From positions 118,948-182,947 of the forward strand of contig WELA01003449.1 in NCBI GenBank assembly GCA_009602735.1: DNA of 64,000 nucleotides. Reading direction: 5' to 3'. This document shows positions 51,231 to 61,810 of the stretch, one piece after another (position 1 is the first letter of the stretch; each line of letters opens with the position of its first letter). The stretch is from Mesotaenium endlicherianum. Its lineage: Eukaryota. The position numbers and the translations under genes are program-made. The notes under the pieces were generated by a model that was not told the DNA's origin, did not search any database, and saw nothing but the letters and a program-made list of their open reading frames with translations.

Positions 51231-52744
51231 ACTCAGCATATGATACTTTTATGTAATAATACACTTCAGTCAACTAGGTAAAGCAAAGCAAGCAAACAAG
51301 ACACGAGCGTAATATATTCACCTACCCAGTGCAAGTAAAAATAAATCACAACAAACTGTCATGCAAGCAACCATCTGACTTCACAATCAACAACTGATTC
51401 ATTACACTCTCCTAGCCCCAGGCAAGCAGGCCACATCTTCAAGAAATCACAGACCCTCCATGCCACTCATCCTGGTCAATATCCAATCCCTCGACATCTG
51501 ATTTCATCAATCTGCTTGTTACATCCGGTGGTGGTCAGAGACGTGTCGGGGTGTGGGGGGTGATATGGTGGTGACTGGTCATTTGGCGTTGAAGATGATG
51601 CCCCGCTTAAACTTTTTGTTCCTGAGGCCACATAGGCCATATGAACCAGAGAGAAGCAATTTGCCACATGAGTCATACAAGCTAAAAAGACTCTGCGACA
51701 GAAACTACACTCACCTGGTAAGCAGGCCGCGGAAAAAAATGGTGTTGCCTGCTGTCAGACACTGACGAGCCTAGCTTTGGCAAGCCAAGACCTCAATCCA
51801 AGTTACAGGAAAAAGTGGGGTGTCTCACCTGGCCCACTAAACGTCAGCGAAGCATGAGCAGCGCCTGCCAAAGTACCTTACACTATTGAAGTCCTCGGTT
51901 CACACAAATCACTTACTATATTGGATCAAGGTCTTTGGACAACTGACAACACAAATTAAGCCCGAAATTTGGAATAATCTTGGATGGCCAATTGTAGTGA
52001 TGCGTGTGACGTATGAGCTTTAGAAACTAACGTCAATGAAGAGTGAAGGTTATTGGAGTCAATTATGATGCTGCATATGATCGAACTCTCGTGAGCTTTT
52101 AGAGTGTACGTTTGAGGGTGAGGATTTGAGAGACGAAGTGTCAACATTTGAGGTGCATCGAACAGGCATGAATATATACAATATTACGGACATGATGACG
52201 TCGTCTACGTTGACATCCTTGCCAGTACGCAAGGAACATGGCAATTGTGCCCATGAGACCATGCATGAGACTACATGAGACAATTCCAGTTGCATGTAGT
52301 TTGACTGTAGACGTTTCCATTTGACTTGCCACTCGTGTGAGCGTTGCCACTCGGCTTGCCATGTGTGGAGAAACACAAAAGCGGATTTGCCATCTGACAA
52401 TTTGATGAAATTAAATTGAAGTTTGAAAGTGCAGAAATTTTCTACACTTTCACACATGATCTAGTTCAAAAAGTTCAATGTCTATGTCAAATGTATAAGC
52501 TCCATGCAGCATAGAAAACTCCATCTTACAATCTCACGAGAGTAGGCAAGCTGATAGAAGCTAGAAAATTCTACAAGTATATAGCAGGCAGGAAAGATGA
52601 GAGAAAGCATTGCAGTGCATTTCTACAGTGCTGTTAGAATCCGCGCGTCAATTTTTCCGTCCCATGTCACATATCCGTTCTAGAGCGTTGCAGCACAGAG
52701 CTACTCAGAATTCGCACTTACGTGCTCGCTTGCAAGCTTTAGTC

Positions 52745-53769
52745 ATGGCAGAAAATCGCAACACTACGGTCAATACTTCTGCTGCAACGGGAGGAATTAC
52801 AGAAGTCAATCTTGCTAGCCAGGGCAATACTGGCACCAGATCTCAAATGGAGAACACCTCTGGTGAGTCTTCAGCTACTCAGCGTGCTTTCTTCGAGCAG
52901 TGGTTCCAAGAGAGTGTTACAAGAGCAAGTGAGGAAGAGCTCCCTCCCCCTCCTCCTCCTGGTAATCCCCCAGCCGCCGCTCCAGCTCAAGGGCCTAGCC
53001 TCGCTTCTGTCACACAGCAATTCGGTCAATTGCAGCAGCTGATTACTACGCTGGCCAAAGACAAAGTTAACAAAGCGTCTGACAATGATAAATGGGTACA
53101 ACAAGTGAAGAAGATTAAGCTGAAGCAAGACATTATGGGTGACCACAAGCTGTCCAACATCAACAAGCTACATACAAAGATTTGCTCTGATGTGGTGGAC
53201 CCGATTGTCGATACCCAAGCAGCCCTGGAGAAGCAGGATGTGGAGGAAGCCAAGAAGCTCCTAACTGAAGGTTTGTCCACAATTTCTCAGAGAGCTGGGC
53301 AAATAAATACTGCAGATGCTCATGGTTGGAATGTGGTGGTGGAGGTGAATAGGTTCATGAATTTGGGCAAGGCTGAGAATGAGTGGGAAGACAAGTTATC
53401 TAAAGTCCTAGCTAAGAGGAAGAAGCCCGAACCTACTGTTGCTGCTCAAAAAATTGCCCAAAAAACTACGACACAAGAGAATAATTGACAACGCCAGCAT
53501 ATTCCTCAGGCAGTGAAGGACAGTTGGATCTGTTTCACGTGCAATGCCCCTGGCATACTTCTAAGGCCTGTCTGTATAACAAGCCCTTTTATCAGGTCGC
53601 TCCTCAGATGGCTCAGCAGCAGATGAATCAATTCAACCAACCCCCCCAGCAATTTAACCCTGCTTTCAACAACTTCAATGGCCCTCCTCAGTTACCTCCC
53701 CCAGTCAACAACAATAGGCAGCAGCCCCCAGTCCAGAATAATTTCACAGGCAATCAGAGGCAGGCATAG
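52745..53769 (+). pseudogene. DIRS Gag-like ORF with CCHC zinc knuckle
   Basis: ATG at 52745, premature TGA at 53486-53488. The frame continues to CFTCNAPG, and a -1 shift at ~53554 gives HTSKAC, completing C-X2-C-X4-H-X4-C. A Q/N/P-rich tail ends at TAG 53769. Confidence 0.75.
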
Positions 53770-54114
53770 GAGTCAATAGAGATAACTTTGTACCAAACAA
53801 TGGTGATTTAAGGCTGAAAGCCAATTTGCAAAATGTCTCTGGAATACATTGATGTGAATGGCTCAATTGCTTTATTGTATGATTGTGCTTGTATCCATTC
53901 AATAATTGATGAATATCGGTTGTGACAACCAGCTGTAAAAAAGTTGGAATGCTGCTGTCTTGACAACAAGATTGCACTTATACCAATTCAAATCATGCAA
54001 ACTTTGAGTCTAGCAGTGAGGTCAATCTGAGACAATCAGACTTGATAGAAATCTGAGACAATCAGAGTGACAAAGGTTGAGACAATCAACCTGAGAGATG
54101 GCAGCTGATCTATT

Positions 54115-56109
54115 GTGTTGTGCATGCCAGAGGCACTGGATGATGATGATGTAAAGTTCTTGATATTGCTGGGTGAGAGAGAGGAATTCAAGGAGGCCAG
54201 CAAGGCTGGCTCCCTCCCAGAAATTTCAGGGCTGGCTAAACGCTTGACCCAGAGAGTTGCATGGTGGAGATCTTGGTGCACAAACAGATTTGTGCTCTCT
54301 ACCATTGACAAAGGTTACAGGCTGGAATGGAGAGACAACCCTCCTCCACCTTTTATAAAAGAGAACCACAAATCATTGATGGCTTATATGTCCTTTGCCA
54401 GAGAAGCTGTTAATGAGCTGGGGGTTACAGGTGCTGCCAAGATCTGGTCAGACACTACACCTCCTTTGTGCATTAGTTTACTTCATGTTGTGGAAGGGAA
54501 GAAGCCTAGGCTTACTCTAAACCTTAGAATTGTCAATAAGTCTCTAAAGGTTGAGCATTTCAAATATGAAGGCATATCTAAGCTTTCAGATGTGCTAGAA
54601 AGAAATGACTATATGTTCTCCGTAGATCTTAAGTCTGGCTATCATCACATACCTGTTCACCCAGCCTTCCATTCTTTTCTAGCTTTCCAACTAGAGGGAA
54701 TTACCTATGCTTTTTCCTCCCTCCCTTTTGGGCTAGCTACAGCCCCTCATGTCTTCACCAGGGTCCTGAAGGAATTAGTAGGCAGGTGGAGAGATGAGGG
54801 TATCAAGATTTTACCATATCCCGGATGATTTTCTCTATTGTGCAAGAACCGTGGAGACCCACCACCAGCACCTGGATAAGGTGCTAAAGGATTTTCTCTC
54901 AGCTGGTTTCATAGTGAATAGACAGAAGGCTGTGCTTGAACCTACTAGAGTTCTAAAATTCTTGGGAGTCATTGTCAACTCCAAGTCTATGTGGCTTTAT
55001 ATTGATGGTCAGAGAAAGCAGAAGCTACTGGTAGCCTTGAGGAAATTGGAATATATGTTCCAGAAAGGATATTTGGTCAAGGTGAAGAAAGTAGCATCTG
55101 TAGCTGGTCAAATTGTCTCCATGAAGCCTGCCTTTGGAGTCATTACCAGTCTCTATACTAAAGCCCTCTTCAAGACAATAGCCCAGAAACAGGAATGGTC
55201 GGATAAGGTCCCTTGTCTACCAGGAGTAGGTCCTGAGCTTCAGTTCTGGATAGCTCATTTTGACCAACACAATGGAGCTCCTGGTAAGACCAATCTGTCC
55301 CAAGATGTGGTCATGCTCCTGCAAGTTTGCCAAAGGTCTTGGGCAGCTCTGATGACAGATTTAAGATCTGGGAAGAAATATGAGATTTCAGGAACATCTA
55401 CAGTTCCAACCCCATCTTCTTATGTGGCTAGTGGAGTGCAAGGAGCTATAACAGCTCTCCAGCTGGCGCAGCCTTACATACAGGACAACCAATTGCTGAT
55501 CAGGTTCAGGACCATGATATATTATCTGCTCTTAAGCAAGGAGTTCATCCAGACCCTCAGGTGGCCCAGCTCATCAGGGAGTTCTATGCCCTCACTGTCC
55601 CTTTCAAGCTTGCCTTGCAACTGGAATGGTTGACACCTTGGCCTGAGGATAGTCTTTCTGATGCTTCCATTCAGCTGGAAGGAGATGATTTTGAGTTGCA
55701 TCCGGGGGCGTTTGACAGATTAGAGGAGAAATGGGGGGCCCATTCCATAGACAGGTTTGCTCACTTAGATAATACAAAGTGTACCAGATTTAATTCAAAA
55801 TGGCCTTACCCCAGATCAGAGGCTATTAATGCCTTCACTGAAAACTGGCAGGAGGATAACAACTACTGCTTCCCCCCTCCGCAGCTGACTCTAGCAACTG
55901 TGCAACATACCCTTAGATGCAGAGCTGTATGCACTCTCGTTATCCCAGAATGGCACGCTGCCTGCTGGTGGCCTGGGCTGCATGTTAGCAGAGACGTATG
56001 GGCCCCTTTTATCTTGGATTCTTCCTACATGGGGCCCAGCCAGGAGGTTCTGCTGGTAGGAACTCATAAGTCTGCTTTGCTGGGAGAGGCATCCCTATTT
56101 GTCACATGA
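54115..56109 (+). pseudogene. DIRS reverse transcriptase, RNase H-like domain and DNA N6-adenine methyltransferase-like domain
   Basis: RT motifs: GYRLEW, KPRLTLNLRIVN, SVDLKSGYHHI, LPFGLATAPHVFTR, Y-x-DD split by a +1 frameshift at ~54820, GFIVNRQK..FLG. MT-like region: WGAHSIDRFA..N.KC.RFNS..INAF...W..NNYCFPP..LVIPEW..WWP. Further frameshift near 55505. Confidence 0.9.
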
Positions 56110-56280
56110 TGGCATTGAGGGTGGATGGCCGGGATCCACGCAGACATATGGGTGGCTACCCACCCTGTTCTGAGCAAGCTGGAGGCTACTGGCATGGAGA
56201 TGGCCCTTAAGATGATGGCCCCTTGCTCATTGAGAACTTATGACTGCTACTGGAGGAGATTCTAGCAGTGGTGCCTGGAG

Positions 56281-57192
56281 ATGCAAGTTCAAGACCTCCC
56301 TGCCTTGGAGCAAGTAGTAAGGCTCTATTTCCTCCACTTGCTGAATATAGGAGTCTCTATTTCCGTGTTCAAGCTGTCCTCGGCTGCTATATTCTGTATG
56401 CATAATTTGCTTAACATGCGGAGCCCTACAGAGAGTCTGGGCATGAGGAATCTCAGGAGGACTGCAGAAAAGATCTTGCCTAGGCCTGATCAGTCCAAGG
56501 CCCCTATTAGCCCTGGCAAGGTGTCAGAAATCATGCAGTTATATGCTTATCAGGATGCTCCGACAGACAAGCTTATGAGAGCTGCTTGCATTCTTTTCAC
56601 GTATACAGCAGCACTTAGATACTCTGATCTGAGAGTGATTAAACATGAGGCTGTCAAGCTGATAGGAGGACCAGCTATCCAAGCTGTTTGGATGTCTATC
56701 CCAGAGGCCAAGAATGACCAACAGAAGATAGGTGAATGGCCAGTGCTTCATGCCACAGATGCCTTATGGTGTCCTGTGGACATGTTCTCCAAGCTGTTAG
56801 CAGAATGCCCTGAGTACTCTGAACCAGGACCCTTGATCCAAGAGCTCACACCTCAGGGTAGACCTTCAGAGAAGCCTGTGTCTTACCCAACAGTGCATCA
56901 GTGGTGTGCAGAATGTTTCACAGCTGTAAAGTTAGACACTAGCCTGTTTAGCACCCACTCTTTGAGAAAAGGTGCTGCCTCCACTGCTGCTAACATGAAG
57001 GTTTCTGATAGTATCATCCAGGATATGGGAAGATGGAAGTCCAACAAGGGCAAGGAACCTTATTTGGTACAAGCTCATTCACAGGCAGCTCTAGCGGCCA
57101 GAGCTATAGCTCCCCTTGATACTCCAGAGGCTGCCAGTATTTCTCAGGAGCAGCTCTTGATTGCATTCATGAGGAAGAAGAGCAGAAGGTGA
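56281..57192 (+). CDS. Tyrosine recombinase (phage-integrase family) of the DIRS element; N-terminal part extends upstream to ~56150 across a stop codon
   Basis: Catalytic set present: ALRYSDL (R), EAKNDQ (K), THSLRKGAAS (HxxR), MGRWKS (W), EPYL (Y); also LWCPV. Confidence 0.9.
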   Translation: MQVQDLPALEQVVRLYFLHLLNIGVSISVFKLSSAAIFCMHNLLNMRSPTESLGMRNLRRTAEKILPRPDQSKAPISPGKVSEIMQLYAYQDAPTDKLMRAACILFTYTAALRYSDLRVIKHEAVKLIGGPAIQAVWMSIPEAKNDQQKIGEWPVLHATDALWCPVDMFSKLLAECPEYSEPGPLIQELTPQGRPSEKPVSYPTVHQWCAECFTAVKLDTSLFSTHSLRKGAASTAANMKVSDSIIQDMGRWKSNKGKEPYLVQAHSQAALAARAIAPLDTPEAASISQEQLLIAFMRKKSRR

Positions 57193-57682
57193 TAATGAGT
57201 ATCCCTGTTGTCTGGCAGCTTTTGCATTATGATGTGGTCATTTCTGCTCCTACTGTGTTACTAAGGTCATTTTGCTTACCTCTCCTTGGCTGTTTTCCCT
57301 GCCATCCTGTTCCGGTTCTTTCTGCACCCCTCTTGGTTGATTCTCTGTGCTACTCTCTAGTTGTCCTACTTGGATTGCATTTCTTCCTCTGCCTGTCCTA
57401 CCCCAGCCTATTCTACTATACTCTGCATGTGAGCTGAATTTGCACTTGTATACTACATCTATAATTCTAACCTGCATTATATTATATCATGTGTGAGGAT
57501 GGATGATGTATTTCAGATGTATTGAAAGTTGTATAAAATTTATGCATCTTCAAATTGATAATATGACGCCATTTGCCTGACCGGACTGGGCAGGACACTG
57601 TGCCACGCGATTACCTTCATTTACCATTTTTCCCACGCGATCGACCGAATGGCGCGCCGAATTTGGCCCTGCCTTTTTTTTT

Positions 57683-57730
57683 GCCATAGCCATTTAGGGT
57701 GCCATGTCCAAGTGGATTTCTACAATGTAG
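57683..57730. repeat. Transposon-end-like sequence ending ATTTCTACAATG|TA; inverted match to 59013-59060
   Basis: The reverse complement of gccatagccatttagggtgccatgtccaagtggatttctacaatgtag matches ctacactgtagaaatccacttggacatggcaccgtaaatggcgatggc with 3 mismatches in 48. Confidence 0.8.
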
Positions 57731-58719
57731 CAGGCTCCTCATTGGTCCTCGTACTCCTGGAACGTGCCCCAAAATCATTGGAAATGAAATATGACTCGAT
57801 TAGCCCACAATTGAGCCTGATATTGATGCAATTACCATGCAGCGTGCATCAGCATGCATGAGCGAGCAGAATAAGCCCAGAATTAGCATGCAACAAGCTC
57901 GTTTCTTTCCGTGCATTCAGGCTTCTCATTTGAACAAAGGCGCACGTCAGTTGAGTCGGTTGCACGCTGGCCCGTCCGCAATGTACGTGGACTCCACTAA
58001 CACACGTGACACGACTTCAGTTGTATAGACTCTTGCCAACGTGCACCTATAGCTGCTTCAACTATGTACCACTTAAGGCACGCATGTTTGAAAGTAAAAA
58101 AATCACTAAGATGTTTTCACGTAACCAGGCTCATTAATCTAGCTTAAATGTGAAGCAGGACATTGCATTCACTTCTAAGAGTACCTGCCGTATACTCATT
58201 GCTTGCATGCAGCCGCCTCTCAACTTAATCCTAGAATGGCAATTAAGTTAGCCAATTAACATGTGGCAAACGATTCCCCGCGGCCAGAGCCGCGGCCATA
58301 TTTTGGTAGACACTATGGGGGCTGCTATGGACCTAGCCATGCGTGCAGCTGCTGCATGAGGCATTCTTCGAGTCAATCAATGAGCTGGCTCACGAGTCCG
58401 GTCCGTTCGTTTCTCTGAACACGTCACCGCCATAACGCGTCTGGAATTGAGATGCGTTCCAAACTCAATGCTCTGGTGTGTCCGTACTGTCGAACTCAGA
58501 CCTCCGATCCCTCCCCATACGCATGCATGCAGGAAGTGAAGTAGACTCAGCCTGTTCTCTAAGACTTTAGCTGCAGACGACCTCCTATATGACTGCTCTA
58601 TCACTTCCATACACATACTCAGCACGGCCATGCATACTTTTCCCTCCAATTAATCCACAAATAGTTGAGAAGACACCAGATGTGCAAGTAGGTTACCTAT
58701 ATGCGCATGCGTACGCCAG

Positions 58720-59554
58720 GTGGCACTTCTCTATGTGCGTGGCAACTGTGTCAATCTGTTCTCGAGAATAGACACGATACTGTTTGTCATCTGGGCCGTT
58801 ATTTGGGCATTTGTCGCCTACTTGATTGTGGGTGGCCAGAGGGGAGACCCCGCCGAGACACATGTGCGGGCCAAATTCCTGACAGCTGTCGTTGCCCTGG
58901 TCTGGATCGGGATAAGTTACTCCACCTCTTTCATGGAGGCATGGGTAAGTGCCCACGTCCTGAGGTGATGCCCCCTCTTGCGCTGATCGATGTTGACATA
59001 ACGTACGCAGATCTACACTGTAGAAATCCACTTGGACATGGCACCGTAAATGGCGATGGCCATCGCCATTTACGGTGCCACGTCCATATATTGCTCATAG
59101 CTTAAGTGCGTGGTCGATACACAGTCTATGAATACAAGATGCAGTATATTCATGTGTGTCTTATATTGTTGTATCTTAGTTGGTAACGCCAATGCATGTG
59201 CAGCCTGCATGTGAAGCTGATGGCTAGTTGAAACTGGTGAGGAAGGAGTTTGTTTTGGGAAGATTCATGGGGAGAAGGGGGAAAGGGCCTTCTGAAGTCA
59301 TTCTCGCAATCAAGGCATGACATGGTTTGCACCAGCAGCATGCATGTGCCGAAGCTTATTTGAATAATTTTGCTCTGGGTTGGCGAATTCTCCTCCTGCT
59401 TTCAGCAATTTGGCTTAGCTCAATTCCGATCTCCAGGTGCGTGGTAAGAGGGTTAGCACGAAATCCAAGAGTTGTACTATTGTGTGCACACCATGTCCTG
59501 TTATTGCGGATATTTGAGCCAGTGACATAGGCTGGGCAGGGCAGCGCCCCCCCC

Positions 59555-59635
<81 letters not shown>

Positions 59636-59915
59636 NNNNNNNNNNNNNNNNNNNNNNNNNNNNNNNNNNNNNNNNNNNNNNNNNNNNNNNNNNNNNNNNN
59701 NNNNNNNNNNNNNNNNNNNNNNNNNNNNNNNNNNNNNNNNNNNNNNNNNNNNNNNNNNNNNNNNNNNNNNNNNNNNNNNNNNNNNNNNNNNNNNNNNNNN
59801 NNNNNNNNNNNNNNNNNNNNNNNNNNNNNNNNNNNNNNNNNNNNNNNNNNNNNNNNNNNNNNNNNNNNNNNNNNNNNNNNNNNNNNNNNNNNNNNNNNNN
59901 NNNNNNNNNNNNNNN

Positions 59916-59986
<71 letters not shown>

Positions 59987-60536
59987 ATGCACAGACACAC
60001 GCACGCACACCACGCTTGCGCGCACTCGCATACGCACCCACACATGTCTGACCTCGCGGCATCGCCATTGCGCAGCTGAAGTACACGGCGCCCCTGGTGA
60101 TGCCGCCGGTGGGGATGAGCATCGGCGGCGTCGTGTTCTCGGCGCTCAACAAGACGGAGCTTGCGCACGCCGCCGCCATCGCCTGCGCTGCGCTCCTCCT
60201 CAGCCCCGGTTCCACGTGCCCCTGCCGACTCTCTGTTGCGTCGTGGGCATGGGCGGCATCGTGCTGGCGCAGCTGCTCGCGCTCACACCTGCCCTCTGCC
60301 GAAAGACCTGCCACGTCATCGCGCACGCGAGCCCGCGGGAGGTCCCTGAGGAGGTCCCCGACAAACCTTGCGAGGGCATGGGCGCGCAAGAAAGCGAGGG
60401 CTCCGCATATGCATATGGCCCTTGGCTTCATGCGGTTTACATCTTCCTGGAAGTGGGGAAGCTAAAGATGCTCATCCAGGTGGCGGTGTGGGGGCTTTGG
60501 CCCGCCTTTGCACTCGCCTCCAGGCTCTTGTCTTAG
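58720..60536 (+). CDS. Small multi-pass membrane protein of bacterial type (DUF4149-like); start exon not identified, one frameshift (possible pseudogene)
   Basis: Exons 58720-58944 and 60076-60536 (GT-AG, phase 0) join to ..VALVWIGISYSTSFMEAW|LKYTAPLVMPPVGMSIGGVVFSALNKTE.., then after a frameshift near 60200-60216 ..IVLAQLLALTPAL..WLHAVYIFLEVGKL. This recalls the bacterial membrane family with SFMEAWLKFRAP..IGRLVF.ALN..E and H..Y...EV.K motifs (from memory, not a search). Confidence 0.65.
59013..59086. repeat. Truncated transposon-end copy folded into a 54-bp palindrome, inside an intron
   Basis: TA|CACTGTAGAAAT at 59016. The arms 59033-59059 and 59060-59086 are reverse complements with 1 mismatch and no loop. 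Confidence 0.85.
59557..59982. repeat. (CT)n microsatellite flanking an assembly gap
   Basis: ctctct... on both sides of the N run 59636-59915. Confidence 0.95.
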
Positions 60537-60933
60537 GTTTAACAATTTAAGTTTCTGTTGTGGTGCGCATGTAGTGTTGGACGCGGGCACGGTGTAATCT
60601 AATGCACGCTCGGTTTTGCTCTGTGATGTAGCAAGAGCTTCGAAGTAAGTGCAAGAGCTAGAGAGTTCTATGGAGGTGGTAAGAGGTGATAGGTTGTCCC
60701 TCTTTCAGAACACCTTCAGGTGCTCCAACCGAGGTTGTGTGGGGTGAACTGGGTGTTTGATAGCCCGCACTTAGTGACGGACGACCGAGAAAGTCGCTCA
60801 TTGGGCTGGCTGCATGAGCCACCTGGCAAGTCAGTGGCATAGCCTGGCGTCAAGTGCAAGAATTTTCGTTTCCCATGTGCGTGATGAACGTGAGCTCAAA
60901 AGCCTGAACAAATGCCCATTGCATGCGTGGGTT

Positions 60934-61810
60934 TTAGAATTGAGATACTCCTGGGTTTCTTGTTATTTGCTTGACTGATGATGCGTAGGAGCGACCGGGC
61001 CCTTTCTGCACTGTATTGCAATGCATCTGTAGAAAAAAGAACTCTACATTCTCTTTGAGCATCAGTGCATTGATGACTTCGATCTGCTCTGATCTGTGTA
61101 TGATTCTTGCCATCAATGTCCTCATGTTTTGCCCAAGCTCATGCGATACGGAAGCAAGCTGGCGTGGGAAATACAAGGGCGAGTAGGGTGTCTTGCATTC
61201 GAGGGTGTCGTGCACCATGGAAAGGCTTGGTTCTCGGTTTTCTAAAGATTGCAGCCTGATATGGAGGCTGCATGCAAAACTGCGCAGTAGGCTGGAAAGT
61301 TGAGGAAGCTCGAGAGAGGTTAGAGAATGTGGCTTTGATGCTTCCTTTTAAAAAAAATTCCAATATGGTGCTGTACGATGTGTAATCCAAACATCGCCTG
61401 AAACAATGATGTAAGATTTAACGCACTTACTTATACAATTATTGCGTCATTTGATCTACAGAAGAATCTCGACATGGCCGAAGTACTTCACTCAACCAAT
61501 ACCTTTTATGTAATGTATATAATAAATTATACATCGATTTCAGAAAATTGCTGACTGCTGGCTGCTGGTTGCTTTCAGGCAAAACACCTTGAGACTCATA
61601 ATACTGCATTCTCTTTACTGCACATAGCAGTTGCCGTCTCTCTCGCTTATATGCAGCCTCCAGGAGCCTGATTACTTTGTTCAGATACACGCGTACACTT
61701 TTCAGCTTGAACCTGATGTCGACAGCTGGCACCTCTTCCCAAAAGATTTCAGCGAGATTTCACCAGCGAGCCCCAAAGCTGTGGACTTCCCACACAGGTG
61801 CACCTGAAAC
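60934..61810 (-). pseudogene. Possible decayed coding region of unknown identity
   Basis: Three consecutive protein-like minus-strand ORFs (61732-61439, 61390-61139, 61218-60934) follow a tttcag acceptor-like site near 61805; no family recognised. Confidence 0.25.

Larger units (their letters stand above)
52631..57560 (+). mobile_element. DIRS-type tyrosine-recombinase retrotransposon (Gag, RT/RNase H, MT, YR), decayed; termini not resolved
   Basis: The domain order Gag-CCHC, RT, RNase H-like, methyltransferase-like, tyrosine recombinase on one strand is diagnostic of DIRS-group elements. Several stops and frameshifts. No LTR, ITR or ICR pair could be identified by eye. Confidence 0.9.

Noticed and set aside
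59011..59027. ATTTCTAC-AGT-GTAGAT (minus strand) and related motifs at 57716, 52619, 38348 and 38582 resemble the Cas12a crRNA repeat stem
   Set aside because: The copies are kilobases apart and in both orientations, with no repeat-spacer array and no Cas/TnpB/Fanzor ORF in the window. They are better explained as transposon termini.
57683..59060. The 48-bp inverted repeat as the DIRS internal complementary region and right terminus
   Set aside because: No adjacent segment complements the left end near 52630, no ITR pair is visible, and the model would place a host exon (58720-58944) inside the terminal repeat.
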